A stretch of DNA of 64,000 bases from an uncultured Acidobacteriota bacterium (GTDB taxonomy: Bacteria > Acidobacteriota > JAQAZP01). The notes beneath the pieces are model-generated. The model did not search any database. It was not told where the DNA came from and worked only from the letters and a program-made list of their open reading frames with translations. The stretch spans positions 1,664,001 through 1,728,000 of the forward strand of contig CAWIIB010000009.1 in NCBI GenBank assembly GCA_963836075.1, in the 5' to 3' direction. Shown in pieces: positions 49,593-57,349 of this stretch (the stretch's first letter is position 1; each line of letters opens with the position of its first letter). A program made the position numbers and the translations under genes.

Positions 49593-51431
49593 ATGGGCGC
49601 ACTTCTGGCGGTGCTGGGGGAAGCCGGTGATCCGGCGCTTCCCGGCCTTCTTCAGCGAATGACCGAGCGATCGCCTTACTGCGGCGCCGTGGAGCGGCGG
49701 ATCGAGGGCGGACTCGCCGTGGCCGTGCAGTCACTGGGCTGGGACGCCTCGCTGGCCGTGGCTGCGGACCGGCTGGTGGCCGTGCACGGCTACCTGGGCC
49801 GCTGGGAGCGCGAGGCCCGGGGCCTGGACCTGGACCCCGCCTGGCCCGCGGCGAAGAAGCTGGCGCTGGCGCACCGCCAACTGGGGCCCGACCTGTTTCC
49901 CTTGCTGCGCGGCGAGTTTGCGCTGCTGATCCACGACCTTGAGCGGCGACACCTTCTCGTCCTGCGGGATGTGGTGGGTTGCCGGCCGCTGTTCTTTGAA
50001 CAGGCGGGAGGCCGGGCCTTTCTGGCCACCGAGATCCAGCAGGTACTGGCCGGCTCCGGCAGCACGCCGCGGTTGAACAGCGATGCCGTGGTGGACTACC
50101 TGCTCAACCGTCCGCTGGCTCGGGAGGAGACGATCCAGTTGCCCGTTCGCCGGGTGCTGCCGGGGCGGAGCTATTCCTTCGGCGGCGCCGAGCCCTGCTC
50201 CCCGCCCCGACGGACCGAATACTGGACCCCGCCGCAGGTCCGCCGCCCCGCACCCGGCATGGAGGAACTGGTCCATCAGCTGGGGTCCCTGCTGCGGAGC
50301 GCACTGCAGGCCTCCCTTCCGGACCGGCCCTTTGCGCTGGCGCTCAGCGGGGGAGTGGATTCCCCCACACTCTGGGGGCTGCTGGCCCGTCTGGCCGCCG
50401 ACGGGGACCGGCAGGCGGCAAATGGCGCCCCGTTTTCGCTGGTCTACCCGGGGATGGAGTGTGACGAGCGGCCGCTGATCGAACAGGTGCTCCAGCGCAG
50501 CGGTTCGGCTGGCCGGTTCATCGACATGACCGGCCGCGGGCCCCTGGAAGCCTACCCGGAGTTGCTGGCCATCACCGGGACGCTGTTCCCCCTGACCCTC
50601 TACCAGTTCGGCCCGCTTTTCGAAGCGGCGGGCCGCGAGGGCCGGAATGTTCTGCTCACCGGCCTGGGGCCGGACGACTGGCTGCGGGGCAATCTGGGGT
50701 ATATTCCCGACCTGCTGCTGCGGGGAAGGCTCCCCAGCGCCCTCCGCGACACGTTCACTTTCGAGCTGCCCCATGGGCTTTCCCGCCCGGCGCTGCTCAG
50801 GCGGCTCCTCGGACAGGCCGGCAGGCGTTTTCTACCCCGGTTGCGCCGCGATACCCGTCCGCCGTGGCTCACCAAAACGGCCTGGCAGCGGGCGGGAGCG
50901 GGGACATGCCGCTATCCCTGGGACCGGGTCCGCATCCCCCTGGCCCGCCGGGCCCTGCTCCGCGATCTGGAGCGCTATCGCAGCGGTCTGTTTCTCGAGC
51001 CGGCGGCCCAGTTCGCGGCCAGCGCCGGGATGGAACTGCGGCACCCGCTGCTGGGCGTGGATTTTGTGGAGTTCGCCTTCCGTTCCCCGGCCCGGGCGTT
51101 CATCGGCGGCCGGCGGTTTAAGGATCTCCTGCGCCTGTCCGCCGGAGATCTCCTGCCGCCGGAAGTTCGCGACAAGACCCGGCGGGTGGTGTTCGACTGC
51201 CTTTTCGGGCCCGCGGTCCGGCGATTTGCCGAAATTGGAAACCCGCATGGTGTTGAATGTGTACGTTGTGATATATTAACGGCTACAGAAACATCAAAGC
51301 GTTACTACAGATTGGCGACAGAAGGTACGGTTGGATCGTCCACTCTTCATGATGTTCGGATTCATATTGCGGAGAGCCTTTTCCAACATTTTCTAATGCA
51401 ACGGACAGAGGTGGGCGATAAGACCTGCTAG
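49593..51431 (+). CDS. Asparagine-synthetase-like lasso cyclase (C protein)
   Basis: GGAGG RBS then ATG. 'LRGEFA', 'RDVVGCRPLF', PP-loop 'LSGGVDS', 'LLTGLGPDD' and 'LRHPLL'. Lacks the N-terminal catalytic Cys of glutamine-dependent AsnB. B1 and B2 genes lie downstream. Confidence 0.82.
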   Translation: MGALLAVLGEAGDPALPGLLQRMTERSPYCGAVERRIEGGLAVAVQSLGWDASLAVAADRLVAVHGYLGRWEREARGLDLDPAWPAAKKLALAHRQLGPDLFPLLRGEFALLIHDLERRHLLVLRDVVGCRPLFFEQAGGRAFLATEIQQVLAGSGSTPRLNSDAVVDYLLNRPLAREETIQLPVRRVLPGRSYSFGGAEPCSPPRRTEYWTPPQVRRPAPGMEELVHQLGSLLRSALQASLPDRPFALALSGGVDSPTLWGLLARLAADGDRQAANGAPFSLVYPGMECDERPLIEQVLQRSGSAGRFIDMTGRGPLEAYPELLAITGTLFPLTLYQFGPLFEAAGREGRNVLLTGLGPDDWLRGNLGYIPDLLLRGRLPSALRDTFTFELPHGLSRPALLRRLLGQAGRRFLPRLRRDTRPPWLTKTAWQRAGAGTCRYPWDRVRIPLARRALLRDLERYRSGLFLEPAAQFAASAGMELRHPLLGVDFVEFAFRSPARAFIGGRRFKDLLRLSAGDLLPPEVRDKTRRVVFDCLFGPAVRRFAEIGNPHGVECVRCDILTATETSKRYYRLATEGTVGSSTLHDVRIHIAESLFQHFLMQRTEVGDKTC

Positions 51432-51452
51432 TGGATTTGCAGAGGAGGGTAA

Positions 51453-51650
51453 ATGTCAATCAGAGATTATCCAGCGTCTGCCGATCGTCCGGGCCTCGAG
51501 CCGATGGATGATCGGAAACACCCACCGTGCGGCACCGCCGGGCTGCGGCCTTATCAGCCACCGGTGGTAAAGGTCTTCCCGGTTGCCGAGTTGGTACGCA
51601 GTGGCGGCGGCTCCAACACAGATGCATTTGGTGAGGGCGAATTCGAGTAG
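51453..51650 (+). CDS. Putative lasso peptide precursor
   Basis: GAGGAGG RBS, 65 aa, directly after the cyclase. Leader motif YQPPVV....AELVR, then core SGGGSNTDAFGEGEFE with Asp at position 8. Confidence 0.75.
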   Translation: MSIRDYPASADRPGLEPMDDRKHPPCGTAGLRPYQPPVVKVFPVAELVRSGGGSNTDAFGEGEFE

Positions 51651-51743
51651 GACGTGCTCACCTCATACCGGCCACCCTGCCCGGTCAAAGCCCGTGGTCT
51701 TCACGGCATCCGGCAGGGCCGCTGGTCAGAAAGGGGAAAGGTG

Positions 51744-52388
51744 ATGGCCTTCAAGTGGAAAACGTGGACGGCCGGTTGGCTGCTCATGATCTGCTGGTTG
51801 ATGCTCCCGGCGGTTCTTGTTGCTGAAGAGGGGACGACCCCTGATGCTGATCTCATGCCAGCAGATATGTCTCCCGACATCACGAAAATGTTTGGTGCGC
51901 CCAATCCTTCCAGTGTCGGCATCGACTTCGCACCGCCTGACGGGAGTCCCCGGCCGGCACCGGTCACTGTCCGGCAGTGGACCATCCGTGACGATGACGC
52001 CGAACCCTGGTGTTTCGAGCTGGCGGCCGGCCCCTGGACCACGGTGCTTCTCGAGGACTTTACAACGGGCCCGCTCACCTCGTATGTGGAACTGAACTAC
52101 AGTGCGCAGTTCAATGTCTCCGGCGGAGCAGGTCCATTCAACGGCATCATGTTCCGGGCGCGTTTGGTGCAGGACGGCGTCGAAGCCTGGTTCCCCGGCG
52201 GTGGTGAGGGGTTCGCCCCCTTCCTCTCCCGACGGGACCTGGGTTCCAGCGGCCAGTTCATGTTCGGCAATTTTGTCGGCATGCTGAATGTGGACTCCGG
52301 TACGGAGACCCGGCTGATCATCGAACTGCGAGCCACTGATCTGGACGGCACGGCCTGTTTCCAGAACATCGTCGTACGCAACGACTAG
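51744..52388 (+). CDS. Secreted protein of unknown family, paralog 1 of 3
   Basis: Signal peptide, then PAPVTVR...PWC...TSYVEL...LVQDG...FPG...ACFQNIVVRND. Confidence 0.75.
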   Translation: MAFKWKTWTAGWLLMICWLMLPAVLVAEEGTTPDADLMPADMSPDITKMFGAPNPSSVGIDFAPPDGSPRPAPVTVRQWTIRDDDAEPWCFELAAGPWTTVLLEDFTTGPLTSYVELNYSAQFNVSGGAGPFNGIMFRARLVQDGVEAWFPGGGEGFAPFLSRRDLGSSGQFMFGNFVGMLNVDSGTETRLIIELRATDLDGTACFQNIVVRND

Positions 52389-52428
52389 GGATGCGGCCGG
52401 AATCAGCCGCTTAGCGGAAAGGGGAGGA

Positions 52429-53007
52429 ATGATGGCCACCAGGATCCGGAAGAGGGTTTTCAGCACGCTGCTGCTTGTCAGCTTGCTGTTTCTGCTGCCG
52501 GGCGTGGCAGCCGGGGAACCGGCTTCGCCAGGTCCGGGCCGTGCAATGAGTGTTCCCGATGGTGAAGCGCTGCCGGCACCGGTGACTGTCCGGACCATAC
52601 GCTACCATGATGACGATTCATTGCCTTTCTGCCTTGAATGTCCCGCCGGCTCATGGAGGACTCTTGCCCGGAATACCTTCAGCACAAATCCCACCACCTC
52701 CTACGTGGAACTGGATTGGACGGGACAGTTCACGGTAATCAGCACCAACCCGGCACTGGAGGGCATCCGCTTCCGGGCCGGCCTGGTCCAGGACGGACAG
52801 TCGATGGCTTTCCCCGGGGCCGGCGATGACGGTTTTCCGTTTATGGCGCGGTGCGACTTCTCCGGGCAGGGGCCCCAGTGGTTCGGCGGGTTTCACGGAA
52901 TGCTGCTGGTGGAGCCTGACACCGACACCACCCTGGTGATCCAGGTCTATTCCACTGCGCCGGAAGCCTATGCCTGCTTCCAGAACGTGACCATTCGTTA
53001 CGATTGA
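52429..53007 (+). CDS. Secreted protein of unknown family, paralog 2 of 3
   Basis: GGAGG RBS and signal peptide, then PAPVTVR...PFC...TSYVEL...LVQDG...FPG...ACFQNVTIRYD. Confidence 0.78.
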   Translation: MMATRIRKRVFSTLLLVSLLFLLPGVAAGEPASPGPGRAMSVPDGEALPAPVTVRTIRYHDDDSLPFCLECPAGSWRTLARNTFSTNPTTSYVELDWTGQFTVISTNPALEGIRFRAGLVQDGQSMAFPGAGDDGFPFMARCDFSGQGPQWFGGFHGMLLVEPDTDTTLVIQVYSTAPEAYACFQNVTIRYD

Positions 53008-53079
53008 TCAACTTCCGGTCGCCCTCGGGCATCGGGTCACCGCAACCGGTGAAGACTGAAAACGTAAAGGGGGAAGTCG

Positions 53080-53664
53080 ATGACCTCCAGGAGCAGAAAT
53101 CGAATGTTTGCGGGAATGGTCATGGCCGCCGTGCTGCTGTTCCCGGTATGTGTGCCGGCACAGGATGCGGCGGGCACGGATGATGTGTTCTCACTCATCC
53201 CCGAGGCGATCGGCGGAGATCCGATGCCCGCGCCGGTGACCGTCCGTTTCTGGAATTACCGTGACGCGGTTGCCGAGCCGTATTGCGCGGATTTGCCGCC
53301 GGGCACCACGGTGGATCTGTTTACGCAGACCTTTACCACCAATGCCACCACCAGCTATATCGAGATGATCTGGACCGGGCAGTTCACCGTCCCTTCCGGG
53401 GTCACCGAGGACGAGGGGATTTACTTCCAGGTGCAGATGGTCCAGGACGGTGTGCCCGTCTCCTATTTCCCGGGAGCGGGGGATGACTTTCCGCCGCTGA
53501 TGACCCGGCGGGATGACAGTGCCGCAGGTCAGATGATGTTCGGCGGCTACCGGGGCATCATTGCCGCGCAGCCCAACCTGTCCACCACCATCACGGTCAG
53601 GGCGTACTCCACCCAGAAGCCCGGGCTGGCCTGCTACCAGAACCTGAGTCTGCGATACGATTGA
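53080..53664 (+). CDS. Secreted protein of unknown family, paralog 3 of 3
   Basis: Signal peptide, then PAPVTVR...PYC...TSYIEM...MVQDG...FPG...ACYQNLSLRYD. Confidence 0.78.
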   Translation: MTSRSRNRMFAGMVMAAVLLFPVCVPAQDAAGTDDVFSLIPEAIGGDPMPAPVTVRFWNYRDAVAEPYCADLPPGTTVDLFTQTFTTNATTSYIEMIWTGQFTVPSGVTEDEGIYFQVQMVQDGVPVSYFPGAGDDFPPLMTRRDDSAAGQMMFGGYRGIIAAQPNLSTTITVRAYSTQKPGLACYQNLSLRYD

Positions 53665-54696
53665 TCGTGGTTTCTCATTGCGCTGAAATCGTCTGCCGGG
53701 GCAGCGGGGAAGGAGGCGCCGACGCCCTTCCCCTCCGGCTGCCGGTTGAAGGCGTGAGCCTTGAACTCCTCTCCGCGGCCTTGCGGCCCCTGCATCTCAC
53801 CGCCGGTCCCGGCGGAAGCCGATCGGATCTTCAGCCATCTGTTCCACCATTGCGTGTCCAGCCTCTGCCCGCACCTCTTCCCGGTGGCGGGCCGGCCGGG
53901 CGCGGAGGGCGGGTGCTGCCGCTGATCACCCGCCACCACAGCGGCGACACGCTGAAGCTGGCCGGCGGGTACGCTCCGTCTCCGGCCCGCCGGCGGCGAC
54001 ACCATCTCCTGTTCCCTGGACAGAATGTCGCAACGCCGGGGCACGCTGCCTCTGCTGCTGGAGATGGCGGTGATCCATGCGCTGGCGCTGGAGGGGATCC
54101 CGGTGTTTCACGGGGCGGGGTTCACCTTTGGCGGTGAAGCCGTGCTGGCCCTGGGCCCGAGCGGTGCGGGCAAAACCACCCTGGCGGCCGCTGCGCTCCG
54201 CGCCGGGGGGCAGGTGATCTCCGACGATTCGCTGATCGCACGCCGCCGCCGGTGCGGGGCGCTCGCAGTGCAGCCCTTCCGCCGCGACCTCCAGGTGCGG
54301 CGGGGGAGCCGCCGGCTCTTTCCCCGGGCCATCGCCCCCCTGCTGGAGCCGCTGACCGGCGCCGTGGAGCCGAAGTGGGTCCTGCGGCGTGAGGCGGCTG
54401 CATCCTGCTTCACCGATGATGTATCCTTGAGCCGCATCTGGATCCTTACCCTGGACCGCCGGTTGCGCGGCTGCCGGATCAGCCCGCTCCGCCAGGCAGA
54501 AGTGCTGGTGGCGCTGATCCAGGGCTCGTCACCGCTCTATCTTTCGGACCGCTATCCCCGGGAACGGGCGGCGCTGCTGCCGCTGCTCCGTTCGCTGGTG
54601 GAACAGGTCCCGGCTTACGGGATCCGGCTGGGCAAAGCGCTGCTGGAGGAACCGGTGGCGGAACTGGAGCGACTGCTGGCCTTTCACGGAGCTTGA
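53661..54696 (+). CDS. HPr-kinase-like P-loop kinase (lasso-associated); probably frameshifted in the assembly
   Basis: 'FHGAG....GEAVLALGPSGAGKTTLA.......VISDD'. ORFs 53661..54137 and 54025..54696 join by removing one base near 53976 (GYA-RLRPAGGDTISCSLDRM). Confidence 0.78.
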
Positions 54697-54716
54697 CCCC
54701 GCCGGAGGAGGATCGC

Positions 54717-56390
54717 ATGGCGCCGGCCATTGAAACCAGAGGACTGGGCAAGGTCTACCCCCGGGCGACCAAAGTTGCCGGGATCCCCCTCGGCTTCTCG
54801 GCCCGCGGCGGTGCTCCCGCCCTGGATGGTGTGGACCTGACCCTGGAAGAAGGGTCCATCTTCGCCCTGATGGGTCCCAATGGCGCGGGCAAATCGACCC
54901 TGGTGAAGATCCTCTGCACGCTGGTGCTGCCCAGCACCGGCCAGGCGCGGGTGGCGGGGTTCGAGTTGCAGCGCGAGCGGGAGGTCAAGTCCCGTATCGG
55001 CCTGGTCACACCCAACGAGCGGAGCTTCTTCTGGCGGCTGTCCTGCCGGGAGAACCTGCGGTTCTTTGCCGGCCTGTACGGCATCACTGGTTCCCGCGCC
55101 GAGGCGCGGGTGGCCGAGCTCTCGGATCAGCTCAACCTCGACGACGTCCTGCACAAGCGGTTCGATGCCTGCTCCACCGGTATGAAGCACCGTCTGGCCC
55201 TGGCCCGGGGGCTGATCCACCGGCCGCGGGTCCTTTTTCTCGACGAACCCACCCGGAGCCTCGACCCGCTGGCCGCCAACCGCTTCCGGCAGCTGCTGGC
55301 CCCGCTGGCCCACCATACCGGGCTGACCATTTTCCTGGTGACCCATGATCTGGAGGAGGCGGTGGAGCTGGCCCACCGGGCGGGAGTGATGGTTGACGGG
55401 AAGCTCCGGCTGTTCCAGCGGCCCGAACAGCTGCGGCAGGCCATCGGCGCGGCCAGCAGCGGCGAGGTCTCCTGGGAGTCGTTGCTGGACCATGTCGCTG
55501 CCGGACCGCCGGAGACCGTGGAGCCGCCGGCCCGTCCGGCCGTTCACGGTGAGCGCAGTGATTTTCCGGCTCCCCGGCCGGGGGCCGCCGGGCAGCTGCT
55601 GCTCTTCCTGCGGCGGGATCTGCTGACCCAGCTCAGCTACCGTTTCAACTTCCTGCTGGACATCGGCGGCGTGGCCCTGATCGTCACCGCGTTCTACTAC
55701 CTAGCCCGGCTGTTCGGGGATGGCCGGTCCACACATCTGGCCAGCACTGGCGGCGACTATTTCTCCTTCGTGCTGGTGGGCATCGCCTTTCTCGGTTATC
55801 AGAACGTGTCGCTCCGCACCTATGCCGACGCCATTCGCCGCGGTCAGCTCACCGGCACGCTGGAGCAGATGCTGGCCAGTCCCCTCTCCCTGCCGAAGAT
55901 TCTCCTTTTCTCCGGCCTCTGGCCCATCCTCTTCGGGGCGTCGCGGCTGCTGATCTACTTCCTCGTGGGCGTGCTGGTCTTCAAGGCTGACCTGGGAGCG
56001 GCCAACATCCTCGCTTCGCTGATCATCCTGCTGCTCTCCGTAATGGCGCTCAGCGGGTTCGGTCTGCTCTCCGCCAGCTTCATCATGGTCTTCAAGCGGG
56101 GTGACCCGGTGAACTTTCTTCTCGGCGGCCTTTCGGTGCTGCTGGGTGGGGTCTACTTCCCGGTGTCGGTGCTCCCGGCCTGGCTGGAGACCCTGGCCCG
56201 GTTCTTTCCCCTGCGCTACACCCTGGACGCCATGCGCGGGGCGCTGATTCGCGGGGAGCCGATCTCGGTGCTGGCCTCGGAGGCGCTGGTTCTGCTGCTG
56301 TTCAGCGTGGTGTTGCTGCCGCTGGGACTGTTCTTTTTCCGCCTGGCGGTGCGAATCACCAGACGGGCCGGCAGCCTGGGGCAGTTCTGA
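54717..56390 (+). CDS. ABC exporter with ATPase and ABC-2 permease in one ORF
   Basis: Walker A GPNGAGKST, signature 'STGMK', Walker B FLDEPT and 'THD'. C-terminal six-TM ABC-2 domain ('GTLEQML', 'YFPVSVLPAWL'). Confidence 0.85.
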   Translation: MAPAIETRGLGKVYPRATKVAGIPLGFSARGGAPALDGVDLTLEEGSIFALMGPNGAGKSTLVKILCTLVLPSTGQARVAGFELQREREVKSRIGLVTPNERSFFWRLSCRENLRFFAGLYGITGSRAEARVAELSDQLNLDDVLHKRFDACSTGMKHRLALARGLIHRPRVLFLDEPTRSLDPLAANRFRQLLAPLAHHTGLTIFLVTHDLEEAVELAHRAGVMVDGKLRLFQRPEQLRQAIGAASSGEVSWESLLDHVAAGPPETVEPPARPAVHGERSDFPAPRPGAAGQLLLFLRRDLLTQLSYRFNFLLDIGGVALIVTAFYYLARLFGDGRSTHLASTGGDYFSFVLVGIAFLGYQNVSLRTYADAIRRGQLTGTLEQMLASPLSLPKILLFSGLWPILFGASRLLIYFLVGVLVFKADLGAANILASLIILLLSVMALSGFGLLSASFIMVFKRGDPVNFLLGGLSVLLGGVYFPVSVLPAWLETLARFFPLRYTLDAMRGALIRGEPISVLASEALVLLLFSVVLLPLGLFFFRLAVRITRRAGSLGQF

Positions 56391-56429
56391 TGACGGCGGA
56401 ACGGTGCGGCAATGTGTGAAAGGGACGGC

Positions 56430-56861
56430 ATGGTGAGCGAGATCAGCCTGTTTCTCCGGGCCCTGCGACTGGTGCGCCTGGCCCAGCAGGTCAGCGCGGA
56501 GCCGGTGGACCTGGTGGCGCGGCGGATGCTCGAACAGCCGTGGCTGCCGCGCAACCTGTCACCCCCTTCGGCAGCGCGGGCGGCCGGCCGGGCCAGCCGC
56601 TGGTGGTCCCGTCTGACCACCGGGCTGGACAGCTGCCTGACCCGCACGCTGGTCACCGCGGTCCTGCTGGCCGATCGCCCCGGCGTGGTGCTGCATGTGG
56701 GTTTCCGCCCGTCGGAGGGAAGCGGGGCGCCCCACGACGGGCATGCCTGGCTCACCCTGGAGGGCCGGGATCTGCCCGAGGCCTCCACAACTGCCGAGCC
56801 CGGTGAACCATACACCGAACTGCGGACCATCCCGCTGGCCCGTGACGGAGGGGAGGGGTGA
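56430..56861 (+). CDS. Lasso peptide B2 leader peptidase (transglutaminase-like)
   Basis: Catalytic-type motifs 'SCLTRTL' and 'GHAWL'. Start at 56412 or 56430. Confidence 0.85.
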   Translation: MVSEISLFLRALRLVRLAQQVSAEPVDLVARRMLEQPWLPRNLSPPSAARAAGRASRWWSRLTTGLDSCLTRTLVTAVLLADRPGVVLHVGFRPSEGSGAPHDGHAWLTLEGRDLPEASTTAEPGEPYTELRTIPLARDGGEG

Positions 56862-57136
56862 TGAGCGTTCTTGGCGAACTGGCCCGGGCCCTCCGCTCGG
56901 ACAGCCTGGCCCGCACCGAACTGGCCGACGGCACCGGTGTGATCCTCCATCTGGATGGTGCGCAGATTTACTCGCTCAACGACACCGGCATGTTCCTCGT
57001 CGGTCGGCTCTGCGCTGGCGAGGAGAACGCCGACCAACTGGTGCGGGCCCTGGCCTCCGCCTTCAACATCGACGAAATCACCGCCCGCCGCGACCTGGAC
57101 CGCTTCGCCACCGAGCTGCATCGCCTGCTCTGCTAA
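56861..57136 (+). CDS. PqqD-family RiPP recognition element (lasso B1)
   Basis: 'GVILHL....YSLNDTG......L......LASAFNIDEITARRDLDRF...L'. Confidence 0.88.
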   Translation: MSVLGELARALRSDSLARTELADGTGVILHLDGAQIYSLNDTGMFLVGRLCAGEENADQLVRALASAFNIDEITARRDLDRFATELHRLLC

Positions 57137-57137
57137 G

Positions 57138-57294
57138 TGGGGACAGCTACCTGGCTACCCAAGCTATTGATTTCAAACACCGCCAGGAAAGTGGGGACAG
57201 TTACCATTTTCCGATATCAATTAATTGGTGACTGTCCCCGGCTTTTCCAAGTAGTTGAAAGGCAAGTTGATGGCGGGAGAGGTAGCTGTCCCCA
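57138..57294. repeat. Nested inverted-repeat element (REP/MITE-like)
   Basis: Outer perfect 15-bp IR TGGGGACAGCTACCT / AGGTAGCTGTCCCCA. Inner 14-bp IR GGGGACAGTTACCA / TGGTGACTGTCCCC (one mismatch). AT-rich spacers. Confidence 0.75.
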
Positions 57295-57295
57295 T

Positions 57296-57328
57296 AAAAA
57301 GAGGGGCACCACTTTCGTGATGCCCCCC
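57296..57328 (-). terminator. Intrinsic terminator for the acyl-CoA operon
   Basis: Minus strand GGGGCATCAC-GAAA-GTGGTGCCCC followed by TCTTTTT. Confidence 0.75.
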
Positions 57329-57349
57329 ATGAACAGCGATTCAGCTGAA

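Noticed and set aside
49593-51431. Ordinary EPS-associated asparagine synthetase (amidotransferase)
   Set aside because: It lacks the N-terminal Cys nucleophile and comes with a precursor, B1 and B2, which favours a lasso cyclase.
51950-53250. PAPVTVR motif of the three paralogs as a mimic of the lasso leader (YQPPVVK)
   Set aside because: The similarity is only a Pro/Val pattern without the key Tyr, and the proteins are Sec-exported away from the cytoplasmic B1/B2. Too weak to claim.
4755-53980. Apparent pseudogenes or programmed frameshifts at about 4755-4832, 5432, 10717, 26495 and 53976
   Set aside because: Each is repaired by removing one or two bases, both halves keep intact motifs with no in-frame stops, and there are no slippery heptamers. 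This pattern fits uncorrected long-read insertions better than gene decay or recoding.
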